Virus record (IMG/VR): IMGVR_UViG_3300028832_000100
DNA length: 64,000 nucleotides
From: a virus
Lineage: Duplodnaviria; Caudoviricetes
Reading direction: 5' to 3' (one strand)
Below, one piece after another: positions 9,213 to 19,071 of the stretch. Under the pieces are notes generated by a model. It did not search any database, was not told the DNA's origin, and worked only from the letters and a program-made list of their open reading frames with translations. Positions within the stretch are counted from its first letter, which is position 1, and every line of letters starts with the position of its first letter. A program made the translations under genes and the position numbers.

Positions 9213-10805
9213 TTATTGAATAAATTTTTGCACGAATGACTCATCAATCATGTCATCAGAAGAAATATTATTTGCTTCTCTTTCAATCATGCTGTCATTC
9301 GATTCGGAAATTCTCATCCTCTTTTGAGTTAATGAGAAGGGCAACTTGCTAACATTCAATGCGTGTTGCTCTACACTTTCACAAATTCTATCAATATCAT
9401 TGAAGGAATAATTTTGGGGTAACTGTCTCTTAATTTCAGAATCAGACACCCCTAAATGTAGTGCCTTCATACTGATGTACTTGTTTACGGCAGTCTTTGC
9501 TACACGCTTGTACTGTTCAACAAGTTGTGTTTGTTCGTTGATTTTTTTCTCGTACTTCTCTTGAAGTTGAGATAGGTTTTCTTGGTATTCTTTGTTCTTA
9601 ATGGAAGAATTCTTTTTCATATCAGAAATACTCTCCACAAGGGACTTCTTCTCTCTTTCAAAAGATTCCTTCAAAGAAATATTCTCTTTCCTTGCTTCAT
9701 TCAACCTGCAATGAAGTTCGTTTGAAGATTCTTTCTTTTCATCCAAACTTTCTTGAATACGCTTTGCGGAAGCTCTTTGCATGCGAATTTGACCTTCAAG
9801 ATCACGAGAACTGTTTTCCAATTTTCTAATCTCTTGGTCTTTTTCTTGCAAATCTTCTGTAAGTTTCTGAACCTCTGCTTTTAACTTTGATTCAGATTTT
9901 TTGGAATCACTCAATGTAACTACTGCACTCTTGTACCGACTAACTTCTTCTACAAGTTTGGTTTCTTTTGCATAGCAAACTGATAACTGCTCTTGGAGAG
10001 AAATTATCTGTTCCTTAAGTTTTTCGTTAGCACCCAATGCTTCCTGCAATTCCTTGACTGTTGTTGCCATGACATCATCACCTGCAACGACTTCTTCAGA
10101 ATCGTTTTCTTTATTACTGTCTTCCTCTATATTATCGACGTTTTCGGTGTCGTTAATATCAATATCCAATTCTTTTAGTTGCTCTTCCATAACCCTCTTA
10201 TCATCAGCACTTGCATGTTCCAACGATTCTTTAAGAGCTTGTTTGAGTGACTTCTTATTTGATAAAGACTCTGTTACATATTTCAGTCTTGCTTCTTTCA
10301 CTGCTGGAACAAGAACGGCATCCCAACACTCACACTCAAAAGTAGATGGCTCAACAGATTCAGATCCGTCCATCTCCTCATAAGTATCTCCTGTCCCTCT
10401 GCTTGAAACACCGATGTGGCTTCCATAATCACAAAGAGTTTTCAAAATTCTTCCACAAGGAGTGTCAAGAATATCAAAAACACCATGAATTTTTCCATCA
10501 CTACCCTTTTTAGGCATCTCTGCCATACAGATAGCAATCTTTTCCGGATCAACTTCGGTTCTTTCTGCTGGATGACCAAATTCACCTACAAAGACTTTTT
10601 CTCTGATTTTCTCTTCTGTAAGTGGATCACTGAAAAACTTTTCCCACAATTTCTCGCTATAAAAACGATTGTTTCTTGTGGGGTTTTTCATATCAGCAAT
10701 AACACCTACAAGTCTACCTAAAATTCCTCTGCTAGCCTGTTCTTCGGCTGACAGTTTATTGTATTCCATTTCTTTTACTGCATTGTAACTTTCTAACATC
10801 TGCAA
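9213..10805 (-). CDS. Prohead core protease (T4 gp21-like) fused to a long coiled-coil scaffold
   Basis: NPTRNNRFY, GEFGHP, GVSSRGTG, WDAVLVPA protease motifs, followed by ~330 aa of coiled coil rich in LxE sites. Confidence 0.88.
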   Translation of the reverse strand: MQMLESYNAVKEMEYNKLSAEEQASRGILGRLVGVIADMKNPTRNNRFYSEKLWEKFFSDPLTEEKIREKVFVGEFGHPAERTEVDPEKIAICMAEMPKKGSDGKIHGVFDILDTPCGRILKTLCDYGSHIGVSSRGTGDTYEEMDGSESVEPSTFECECWDAVLVPAVKEARLKYVTESLSNKKSLKQALKESLEHASADDKRVMEEQLKELDIDINDTENVDNIEEDSNKENDSEEVVAGDDVMATTVKELQEALGANEKLKEQIISLQEQLSVCYAKETKLVEEVSRYKSAVVTLSDSKKSESKLKAEVQKLTEDLQEKDQEIRKLENSSRDLEGQIRMQRASAKRIQESLDEKKESSNELHCRLNEARKENISLKESFEREKKSLVESISDMKKNSSIKNKEYQENLSQLQEKYEKKINEQTQLVEQYKRVAKTAVNKYISMKALHLGVSDSEIKRQLPQNYSFNDIDRICESVEQHALNVSKLPFSLTQKRMRISESNDSMIEREANNISSDDMIDESFVQKFIQ

Positions 10806-10884
10806 TACTCCTGTACCGTTTTTTAGTCGAACCGACTATTTTAGAATTTTTTTGTCAGACAAAAATCTGAACAGTGTCTATATA

Positions 10885-10895
10885 ATAATTTAGCA
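10885..10895 (-). promoter_or_regulatory. Candidate phage late promoter motif TGCTAAATTAT
   Basis: Recurs upstream of genes at 4143-4152, 10885-10895, 40639-40650, 54744-54754 (minus) and 60676-60686 (plus). Confidence 0.5.
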
Positions 10896-10929
10896 GAAAA
10901 TTTTTTCGCAAATTCTTATATTTTTCTGA

Positions 10930-11250
10930 AATATGAACAAAATATGAATGAAATTTTCAAAATGTTAAAAAATCGCTTTAATAACTAGATACTATCTATA
11001 TATACAATTATTTTTACTAGATATTATATAATATATATTATAATATATTTATTATTTACTAGTATATGCGTACACAAGAAATTTGTGAACAAATTGTGAA
11101 CAAATTATTAAAAATCTATGAATAGTGAACATTCTATTACAAATTTGTGAATAAATTATTAACAGTCCGTTATGAACAGATTTCTAAATTGTGAACAAAT
11201 TATGAATAATATATGAAAAATTTATGAATCATGAACAAATTGTGAACAAA
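10930..11250. repeat. Array of (T/A)(G/A)TGAA(C/T)AA repeats, often 11 bp apart, flanking an AT-rich tract
   Basis: TGTGAACAA at ~11085, 11096, 11190, 11241; TGTGAATAA at ~11146; several TATGAA variants; AT-rich tract ~10975-11065. Confidence 0.7.
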
Positions 11251-11251
11251 A

Positions 11252-11782
11252 TTAAACTCTGTATATACTCTCGATTGCTTTTAGATCCGCTTTTATAAGG
11301 TTAAGCAATCGTACACAATTCGTAAGGTCATAGTTTTTGAAATAAAGACTTAACACCATACTGATCTCATCTGCTCTTGCATGTCTTAAAAACATTTGTC
11401 TGTTGGATGCCTTCTTACTGAAAAGAAGTATCTGTAAGAGCATTGAAGAAAGTGTTGTTAATATTTCTTCTGGTGATGAATCTTCCTTTACAATATTTCC
11501 ATAAAGTTTTGATTTTTTACTGTTATAACTTTTTCTTATCTTTTTATAAAATTCAGTTACATCTAACTGTCTGTTGTCATTTATAAATTTCAGACAACTC
11601 AAATCAACATCTCTGCTAACAACGGCTCTTGACAGAACTTCTTTTGTGTCAATTCCTTTATCAGCAAGATCTTTAAGCAACAATAAACAATCTGACTTTG
11701 TAATCATATCTATATTTCTCCATTTCGCATTGCAAACTTGGTTTTTCATTTTAATAACTACCACAGACAGCAAATTTGCCAC
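11252..11782 (-). CDS. Hypothetical protein between portal and protease (start probably ~11707, MITKSD)
   Basis: Open frame in the head module. Confidence 0.6.
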   Translation of the reverse strand: MANLLSVVVIKMKNQVCNAKWRNIDMITKSDCLLLLKDLADKGIDTKEVLSRAVVSRDVDLSCLKFINDNRQLDVTEFYKKIRKSYNSKKSKLYGNIVKEDSSPEEILTTLSSMLLQILLFSKKASNRQMFLRHARADEISMVLSLYFKNYDLTNCVRLLNLIKADLKAIESIYRV

Positions 11783-11845
11783 CCTGTTGGCATTTTCTTG
11801 TGTTGGGGGTACAAGTATGTACCCCCAATCATTTAATCGCTAAAA

Positions 11846-13825
11846 TCAGCCAAATTCAGGGCTGTTATTATTGGTGAAGTCAATACCTATTTCTTCTCCG
11901 CTTGGAAGAATGGTTTCTTCTGCTGAAACAGTAGGTTCTTCAGCCGTGCTTGCTTCTTGTGGCTCTGTTTCTTCCGGAGTCACACCACCACCTATTTCAT
12001 CTGCAAGACTCATTGGAGCGGATTCTTCATTATCAAGACCAAGACCCTCTTCATCTCCAATTTCATCTTGAGGTGTTTCATTTTCTTGTTGTGGGTTTTC
12101 TTCTTCCTGCTTTTCTAATTTGTCTATCTGTTCTTGAATAAGCGAAATAACTTCATCATCCACCATTGCAGTAGAAAGAAGTGCTTTCACAATATTCAGT
12201 TTTATAGCAGGATCTTCAATATCACTAACAAGATCAACTGTATCTCTAATGACACCCAACCTACTTGACATATTTTCTCTTCTATCAAGTTCTTCTTGTG
12301 TAATAGGAGGCATCATTCTAATTTGGAACTTGTTGATATAATTATCCATTTCTTTATCAAGAAGCATAAGATTTACCATGTCGGTTAATGCTTGAATCAT
12401 TGCATTTTGCAAAGATTTAACAGTTTTTGCATATCTTGAAGAAAGAATGGTCAAAGATGCACCGCCATTAAATCCGGCACCATCTTCGGTAAATCCAAAA
12501 TACTGTTTGAGAACCGACAGAGATCCAAAAAGTCTATCTCTGAAATATTCAATGTCAATCAGATTTTTAGGATCATATTCACCACCAATATTTTGAATAT
12601 TGATAGCACCAACATTGTTCTTTGTAGTCCAATAAACATTATTGTCAATAGGACCTGCATTTGTATACTCTTGTAAATACTTTCCTGTGTTAAGAGCGGT
12701 TTTCTGCTCTAACATATTCTTCAAACGAATAAGGAGCGGTTGAGCCGTTTCTTTTGGCATCGATCCAACATCAACAGTAATCAGCTTGATTAGCTGTGAC
12801 TTTGTAACACGGTTGAGCATAAGAGAGTTTTCAAGCAACGAAAGAGTTCTCCATGCAGGATAGGCATCGTAAAGAATTGATTTTCCTCGCTTTACAATAT
12901 AACTTGCATTAGCTTCTGGATTGTCAGTATCTTCCAAGAAAATCTTTACTTCTTCAGGAACACGACTGCTATCATAATCAAGACAAGCATGAACAAAATC
13001 CGTTGCTTCATGTACTGTCACATCCGACTTCTTAAACCCGTATCTCATTTGGTTTGATAAAACAGGGTTATCGTTCTTATAAACAGAGGTAGAAACATCT
13101 GCTTTAATAAAGCCACAAGTCTTACCAAAACGATCCAATTCAAACATTTCTGCCGGATTTGGAACAAGTTCTACATAGTGACTATAATGGTCTTCTTTTG
13201 AGTATGCTTTTATTCTTACATCCTCATTAAGATTTTTCTTTTTCTTTCTTTCTTCCTCTTTTTGAAGTTCTACAAAAGCATTGAAAGAATCTAATTCATC
13301 TTCTTTGTTTATGCTCTTGAATAGAGGATCTTCATGGTCGGATTCTCTATAAAGTCGAAGATAAGCATCTCCATATTTACAAAGATTTATTATCCACTTT
13401 GTAACAAACTTATCTACATTGATTGTATCAAGCAAATAGGAAACCATCTTTGCACAATTTGCATCAGACGATTCTGCCCACACAATTTTTCCTTGATCGT
13501 TCGGTTCTGTTGCATCTTCTGCATAAGTACGAACAATGGAAGCAATAATTGGATCTTCGCACATTGTATCGAGCATTTGATACAGTTGATCTCGTCTTTG
13601 AGAAAGTTGGGTGAAAGATTGTAGAGCACCAGTATCAAGCTTTCCACCCTCGTTAGCAATAATAATGTCATTGAAAAAATCACTGTCTAAATCTACACCA
13701 ATATTTATTGGGTCAGTAGGTTCTGTTACAATCTTTTTCCCATAAATATTTTGATTTTCATTTTCAATATCATCTTGCTTATTTAGTTGTTTTTGTTCAA
13801 ATTCAACATTTATGTTTGAGTCCAT
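11846..13825 (-). CDS. Portal protein (T4 gp20-like)
   Basis: CKYGDAYL, GKSIL, LENSLMLNRVTKS, VDVGSMPK, DIEYFRDRLFGSL motifs; acidic C-terminal tail. Confidence 0.88.
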   Translation of the reverse strand: MDSNINVEFEQKQLNKQDDIENENQNIYGKKIVTEPTDPINIGVDLDSDFFNDIIIANEGGKLDTGALQSFTQLSQRRDQLYQMLDTMCEDPIIASIVRTYAEDATEPNDQGKIVWAESSDANCAKMVSYLLDTINVDKFVTKWIINLCKYGDAYLRLYRESDHEDPLFKSINKEDELDSFNAFVELQKEEERKKKKNLNEDVRIKAYSKEDHYSHYVELVPNPAEMFELDRFGKTCGFIKADVSTSVYKNDNPVLSNQMRYGFKKSDVTVHEATDFVHACLDYDSSRVPEEVKIFLEDTDNPEANASYIVKRGKSILYDAYPAWRTLSLLENSLMLNRVTKSQLIKLITVDVGSMPKETAQPLLIRLKNMLEQKTALNTGKYLQEYTNAGPIDNNVYWTTKNNVGAINIQNIGGEYDPKNLIDIEYFRDRLFGSLSVLKQYFGFTEDGAGFNGGASLTILSSRYAKTVKSLQNAMIQALTDMVNLMLLDKEMDNYINKFQIRMMPPITQEELDRRENMSSRLGVIRDTVDLVSDIEDPAIKLNIVKALLSTAMVDDEVISLIQEQIDKLEKQEEENPQQENETPQDEIGDEEGLGLDNEESAPMSLADEIGGGVTPEETEPQEASTAEEPTVSAEETILPSGEEIGIDFTNNNSPEFG

Positions 13826-13859
13826 TCAAAATACCCCCATACATAATATATATACAATA

Positions 13860-15932
13860 TCACCAAACGAAAATTCCATCACTTCCGAATGTTGTTTGAA
13901 CAGGTTGTGCAATACCCATTCCAAAATCAGTAAAATTAGAATTATTATTATTCTTATTCCTATTACTGTCTTGTTTGAATTTACTCATTGGATCATTCAA
14001 TCTTATAAGTTCTCTTTCAAAAGCAGCATTTATGTCTTCTTGGGTTAAAATTGATTTACTCTCACTTATTCCAATAGAAAGATCCATGTTCTCTCCATAG
14101 TTATAAGCAAATTCATCACCATTTTTAGAAGCATTCCACAATGCACCAACAACAGAGTCAATTGCGTCTTTGCTCCCCTTGGTACCGGAATCTTGATGAT
14201 TTATGTGACCGTCTGACTGCCTTTCAAGACCTAATACTTCTTCCGTCAGAAAGGGGCAATCATCATAAACTTCAAGTCTTCTTTCATATAATGTAGATTT
14301 GAAATAAGCATAAGGCAAGCATTGCTTTGTTTCAGAATCCAATCGGTCAACAGATATTATACTGGAATTGAAATTATCTGCCAACAACTGTTGCTGTAAC
14401 TGTGCACTCTGGTATGTGTCGCTTGAAACACCAACAACATTAAATCCTTGCTCTCTTAGCCATCTTACAAAAGATCTGTTTTTATCAAAACTTATTTCAT
14501 ACCCTTTTGGAGCAGCAACGCTTACAGTAAAAGCAACTCTAAAAAACAATTCTCTTGAAGTTTCTTCTCCGTCTACCTTGGGCTTTTTACCCGTTATATA
14601 CACACCACCAATACCTGTTTTGTCACCAGATTTTGACATATCAAGGTGAATAAATAATGGTAGTGATTTCATCTTGTCAGTAACTTTACTTAAATCAAAG
14701 AAATCATAGTATTGAACTAAATCATCTTTTGCATTACCAACTGTTATAATTTCTTTTGTAAATGGATTTTTATAAGAATTATTCTTAATCTCATTCCATC
14801 TAACACCAGAAATAAATTTCAATGTGGATGCCGTTGCAATACCGGCAATATCCATCAATGCACCATCTATATTTTCAAAGAAGTTATCCCAATACCCTAT
14901 TGGCACAGGTAAGATAGAATATCCCCTCGCTCTGTATTCATTAATTAATTCATCACTACATTTTCTTGGTAGCACTTCATTAGCCAAAAATTTATTTCCG
15001 ATTGCAACATAGAATTTTTCTTTGCTGTCTTTTCTACTATCTACAATCCATTGTGGCTCATCTACAATCAGTGTCTTGCTATTTTCATTCTTTTTCTTTG
15101 TTTCTATATAATCTTCCAAAAAAGACTGCTCATTATTTTTTGAAGAAACAATAATATTCAATGTTGGTAAATATGTTTCATCTCCGCGCTGTCTCATATA
15201 TCTTGATTTCATACGAGCGTCAATTTGTGAAACAAGTTGCTTATATTTTTTCTTCAATTTTTCAGTGTCATTGGTTAATCCCCAGTTCACTTCATCACTT
15301 AGATTTCCGAATAGGGCACGACCAATGACTTGATTATTACTTGAAGCAACAATCAATTCAATATGTTTATCTGGTACAAACATTAGATTGGTTGATCCTG
15401 TCATCTTGCCATGACTCATAAACCACTCGCTTGACAGAATCATTTGATTCATCTTATCAAGAGCAACGCCTTTAGCATTCTCTATCGTGATATTCATAAG
15501 AGAAATACTTATTTTATCAATCGGTTGCATCCCATAATACAAATATGGGTCTTTTAAGCAAAGCAATCTATAAAGCAAATATAATAAACAAACTACTCCA
15601 ATTAATGTTTTACCTATACCGATAGCACCAGTGAGTATTAAAGTGTTATATGCCGTTGTTAGATTGTCCGGAAATATTTCTTTTAACTTTTCTTCCCAGT
15701 AAGGAAACAATGTAAATCTTCCTTCCGGGTCATATAAGCCATTTCCTAAATATTTTTTATCATGTAAGAAAGTAACAACATCAACAGGTATTTCTTCAAA
15801 ATCAGAATATTTCAAATCATTCATCAATGAAGAATTTCCAGTTTCGCTTAATTGCTTTAATATTTCTAATGCGACTTTTTGTTCTTCCTCTGATAAATTT
15901 TTTAGTTCTTGTAAATCATTTGTCATAGGCAA
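13860..15932 (-). CDS. terL: Terminase large subunit
   Basis: Walker A TGAIGIGKT, Walker B LSDE, RNase H-like nuclease HLDMS...KDAIDS. Confidence 0.9.
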   Translation of the reverse strand: MPMTNDLQELKNLSEEEQKVALEILKQLSETGNSSLMNDLKYSDFEEIPVDVVTFLHDKKYLGNGLYDPEGRFTLFPYWEEKLKEIFPDNLTTAYNTLILTGAIGIGKTLIGVVCLLYLLYRLLCLKDPYLYYGMQPIDKISISLMNITIENAKGVALDKMNQMILSSEWFMSHGKMTGSTNLMFVPDKHIELIVASSNNQVIGRALFGNLSDEVNWGLTNDTEKLKKKYKQLVSQIDARMKSRYMRQRGDETYLPTLNIIVSSKNNEQSFLEDYIETKKKNENSKTLIVDEPQWIVDSRKDSKEKFYVAIGNKFLANEVLPRKCSDELINEYRARGYSILPVPIGYWDNFFENIDGALMDIAGIATASTLKFISGVRWNEIKNNSYKNPFTKEIITVGNAKDDLVQYYDFFDLSKVTDKMKSLPLFIHLDMSKSGDKTGIGGVYITGKKPKVDGEETSRELFFRVAFTVSVAAPKGYEISFDKNRSFVRWLREQGFNVVGVSSDTYQSAQLQQQLLADNFNSSIISVDRLDSETKQCLPYAYFKSTLYERRLEVYDDCPFLTEEVLGLERQSDGHINHQDSGTKGSKDAIDSVVGALWNASKNGDEFAYNYGENMDLSIGISESKSILTQEDINAAFERELIRLNDPMSKFKQDSNRNKNNNNSNFTDFGMGIAQPVQTTFGSDGIFVW

Positions 15933-15997
15933 CTTGATTTTCCTTTATATGCAAAACAGGACAAGAAGTGAATCTCGCCCTGTCAGGTCATTTGTTT

Positions 15998-17272
15998 TTA
16001 GTCGTTTATATACAGATAGTCAGAAAGTTCATCTACTGCTTTTTCTTCAAAACTATCCATAATCTCTTTATAATATTTTTTTGATAAATTTTCTATATTG
16101 TCATAAACATAGGAAACTTCATCATATAAACTGTATGCTTTTTTTCCTACTTCTCCCCAATCTTCTTCGGTCATAAAATCCATAAGGATATTTACAACAT
16201 CATCTTCTGTTGTTTCAAGATCCCAATCGTATGTTTTTTCATCGTAGTTATTGTCAATTTTATCGTAGTGAACAAAAACTTTCCCGTCACCAGAAAAGGT
16301 AATCGGCGGGTTTTCATCATCCCACTCTACTCTATTCCATTTGTCGTGAAAATCTTCTTCAACATCTGTATCTTTCATATATTTATTTCTGAACATTTTT
16401 TCAGCTTCAATATCAAAATCACATTCAAAAGGCTCTTCTTCTACATCTTCTGCAACAGATTGTTGATTTCCAACCCCATTTCCATGATATTGCATAGAGT
16501 TAAAGATTGCGTTACCTATCTCGCAGTTTCCTGCATCTTTCTTTACAAAGATTTTTTTATCTTTTACAGATTCCACTGTAAGTTCTTTGTCTTGAATTTC
16601 TCTTTTATGATCTTTCAATTTTTCTAACATCCCATTATTTCTGAATTCTTTGAATACGAGGTTTCCTTCTCCAAACTCCCCATCGGTGGAAAGTGCGGAC
16701 TTCCTTAACAAGTAAAGGTCATCTATTGTTTTCTGAACCTCTTCCGAACTATCAGACTCAATAGCAGAAGTCACTTCCTCAAATTTTTCTTTATATAGTT
16801 CGTTTGTGTCTGGATCAAAATCAATATCAATATTTATCTTCTCTGGGAATTTAACCCATTCATTATTCATTAGTGAATAAATACCATTCGTAATTGCAGA
16901 AGAACTTCTGCTTTCAATATAAACCTCTACAGGAATACCTTTAACTGTAATCTTATGCTTTTTGTTAAAATCAGACTTTGCATAATTATATACAATTGTC
17001 AGAAGACCATTGCAATCAATATCATCCATATTTGCAATAATATGAACATCTATATCACTGTTGTCCGAATAGTTATAAGAAGCATTTGATCCTACAAGCC
17101 ATAAGTCCATCACTTCAATAGGAATATCATTTTCTTTAATGTCCTCTATGAAAGTATTTGCAATGTCAATAAGACCTTCTCTTACATCTTCTTTTAACAG
17201 ATCTTGTTCATCAAATAGTTTTGGATTTAATGTGTTGTGCGTTTCTAATGACTCATTCAAATTTTCTTCCAT
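15998..17272 (-). CDS. Pol-beta-superfamily nucleotidyltransferase domain plus acidic C-terminal domain, with LxE sites
   Basis: LVGSNASYNY...SDIDVH...PVEVY (GS, DxD, third acidic residue); N-terminal LNESLE. Confidence 0.7.
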   Translation of the reverse strand: MEENLNESLETHNTLNPKLFDEQDLLKEDVREGLIDIANTFIEDIKENDIPIEVMDLWLVGSNASYNYSDNSDIDVHIIANMDDIDCNGLLTIVYNYAKSDFNKKHKITVKGIPVEVYIESRSSSAITNGIYSLMNNEWVKFPEKINIDIDFDPDTNELYKEKFEEVTSAIESDSSEEVQKTIDDLYLLRKSALSTDGEFGEGNLVFKEFRNNGMLEKLKDHKREIQDKELTVESVKDKKIFVKKDAGNCEIGNAIFNSMQYHGNGVGNQQSVAEDVEEEPFECDFDIEAEKMFRNKYMKDTDVEEDFHDKWNRVEWDDENPPITFSGDGKVFVHYDKIDNNYDEKTYDWDLETTEDDVVNILMDFMTEEDWGEVGKKAYSLYDEVSYVYDNIENLSKKYYKEIMDSFEEKAVDELSDYLYIND

Positions 17273-17304
17273 TCTGTTGTCTGATATACTCCTTTTTGAA
17301 ATAA

Positions 17305-17455
17305 GTCAACTACCAACTACCTAAAGATAGATTGGCTTGCAACATGGTTGCAATTTTTCTCGCTCAATGCACCTAATGGCGCAAGTATCAACGAGCTATC
17401 CCCACCGTTGCAGTGGTTCTCTGGCGACTAAAGTCACCAGATATCTTTGTTGAGG
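17305..17455 (-). mobile_element. 151-bp non-autonomous IS200/IS605 derivative (left end fused to omegaRNA/right end), copy 1
   Basis: Nearly identical to 60586-60632 joined to ~62257-62371; preceded by TATAA; ends GGTAGTTGAC. Confidence 0.88.
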
Positions 17456-17480
17456 TTATATAGACATAATGTTATTCTTA

Positions 17481-17514
17481 TATTAGGCTGTGAGTGTTTC
17501 ATCACAGCCTAATA
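17481..17514. terminator. Intrinsic terminator-like hairpin after 17524..18006
   Basis: TATTAGGCTGTGA-N8-TCACAGCCTAATA. Confidence 0.6.
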
Positions 17515-17523
17515 TTCTGTTTC

Positions 17524-18006
17524 TTATCTTTGATATACTCCAACCCTACCGGCTGAATGAAATGTAGCTGACCAAGTTGGTGATCCTCCGGAGTATGACA
17601 CTGTTTGTGATGAAACATCCCCATCTTGATTGCTAAAGGTGGATTCTGACATAGATTGAATTCTTGGTTCAGCAAAATCTAAGGTGATAGAAGCTTCTAA
17701 ACCCGGTATAATCTGCACACTTCCTAAAAATACAGGATCTTCACCCCCTGCCGAATCAAAAGAGAAGGATTGATCTTCCTGCCCCTGTTGTTGCACAATT
17801 ATTCTTCCATCTGGTACATTAGATTGTTCATCTGTAAAGAATTTTATAGAAATCTTTGCGTTAGACAGAACGGTATTAAGTGCTTGCTTTTGTGTTTGAA
17901 GTGCTTCTACCTGTTCCTCTGTAGTAGCAGCCTGTTCTTTAAGACCACTGAGAAGATCAGCCATATTTTTTGTAAGTGATCCATTATTCTTCTTTGTTAT
18001 AGCCAT
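17524..18006 (-). CDS. Hypothetical virion-region protein, paralog of 18028..18513
   Basis: The two proteins align over their full length (MAI-KK, NAK-S, VP-G-I, PTW-T). Confidence 0.7.
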   Translation of the reverse strand: MAITKKNNGSLTKNMADLLSGLKEQAATTEEQVEALQTQKQALNTVLSNAKISIKFFTDEQSNVPDGRIIVQQQGQEDQSFSFDSAGGEDPVFLGSVQIIPGLEASITLDFAEPRIQSMSESTFSNQDGDVSSQTVSYSGGSPTWSATFHSAGRVGVYQR

Positions 18007-18027
18007 TTTTACTTACCTCACAATGAA

Positions 18028-18513
18028 TCAAATTTGGTATATTGAAACTCTACCATTTGAGTTAATGGTGGTTGCCCATGTTGGTTCGGATCCAGTGAAC
18101 TCTACCATCTGAAAATCTACGTCTCCAGTTATTTCTTCGTAGATGCTTTCCTCGACTGCGCCTACTCTACTATCTTGAAAGTCAATTGTAAAGCTAAATG
18201 GTTGTCCGCACACAACAGACACAGAACCAAGGACACTAAACGGGTCCTGACCGGTGGTTAAGGGGAAAGAAATTGTTTGATCTTCTTGACTCTCTTGACT
18301 TACTGTAATTTGACCTTCAGGAACGGATCTGCCATCCTCAACGGCAAATATAACACTTACTTTTGCATTGGAAACGGTTGTGCTAAGGGCTTGCACTTCT
18401 TCTGTTAATGTTTCTACCTGTTGTTCTGCGGTAGAAGCTTCTTCTTTAAGACTGAAAATAAGGTCTGCTGTGTTTTTGTTAATAGGACCGCCACATTTTT
18501 TAATAATTGCCAT
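18028..18513 (-). CDS. Hypothetical virion-region protein, paralog of 17524..18006
   Basis: Tandem duplicate with clear RBS. Confidence 0.7.
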   Translation of the reverse strand: MAIIKKCGGPINKNTADLIFSLKEEASTAEQQVETLTEEVQALSTTVSNAKVSVIFAVEDGRSVPEGQITVSQESQEDQTISFPLTTGQDPFSVLGSVSVVCGQPFSFTIDFQDSRVGAVEESIYEEITGDVDFQMVEFTGSEPTWATTINSNGRVSIYQI

Positions 18514-18525
18514 TTTATTTACCCC

Positions 18526-18849
18526 TCACTTGTTTAATGCTGATACACCTAATTGCATCAGCAAATCATTCTCTTGTGCTTGACACTTCATTGCTTCATC
18601 TAAAGCTGCTTTCATGTCACCATTGCATTTAGCATCTGGTATTCTTTGAACTGCTTTTGCTGTTGCTGTTGCTAGTGCGTTTGTAGATCTTTGTGAAGAT
18701 AGAATTGCAAGAAGAAAACTCTCCACTCTTTTTTCTCTTGCTTCAATACTTTCCTCTCTTTTGTTTAGTTTCTTATTGAAAAATACCATAAACAAAGAAA
18801 CAAGGAGAGAAGGAACTCCTGCTGAACATAATACTTGCCACCACGACAT
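18526..18849 (-). CDS. Holin-like single-pass membrane protein
   Basis: N-terminal TM helix, charged coil, CNGDM-AL motif. Confidence 0.5.
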   Translation of the reverse strand: MSWWQVLCSAGVPSLLVSLFMVFFNKKLNKREESIEAREKRVESFLLAILSSQRSTNALATATAKAVQRIPDAKCNGDMKAALDEAMKCQAQENDLLMQLGVSALNK

Positions 18850-18887
18850 TTTTGGTTTACATCACCTTTCTGTTTATTAAATAGTTT

Positions 18888-19038
18888 GTCAACTACCAAC
18901 TACCTAAGGGTAGATTGGCTTCCAAATTTGTTGCAATTTTTCTCGCTCAATGCACCTAACGGTGCAAGTATCAACGAGCTATCCCCACCGTTGCAGTGGT
19001 TCTCTGACGACTAAAGTCACCAGATATCTTTTTTGAGG
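18888..19038 (-). mobile_element. 151-bp non-autonomous IS200/IS605 derivative, copy 2
   Basis: Same structure as 17305-17455 with a few substitutions; preceded by TATAA; ends GGTAGTTGAC. Confidence 0.88.
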
Positions 19039-19071
19039 TTATATGTTAAAGAGTTTTGACTCTGTTGTTTT

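Noticed and set aside
4099-9247. Short ORFs 8984..9247, 7975..8193, 7210..7929, 5931..6158 and plus-strand ORFs as separate genes, or the capsid gene as a pseudogene
   Set aside because: They are exon fragments running into intron sequence, or antisense shadows; splicing gives one intact frame
10930-11250. CRISPR array
   Set aside because: Repeats are only 9-11 bp and degenerate, with no unique spacers
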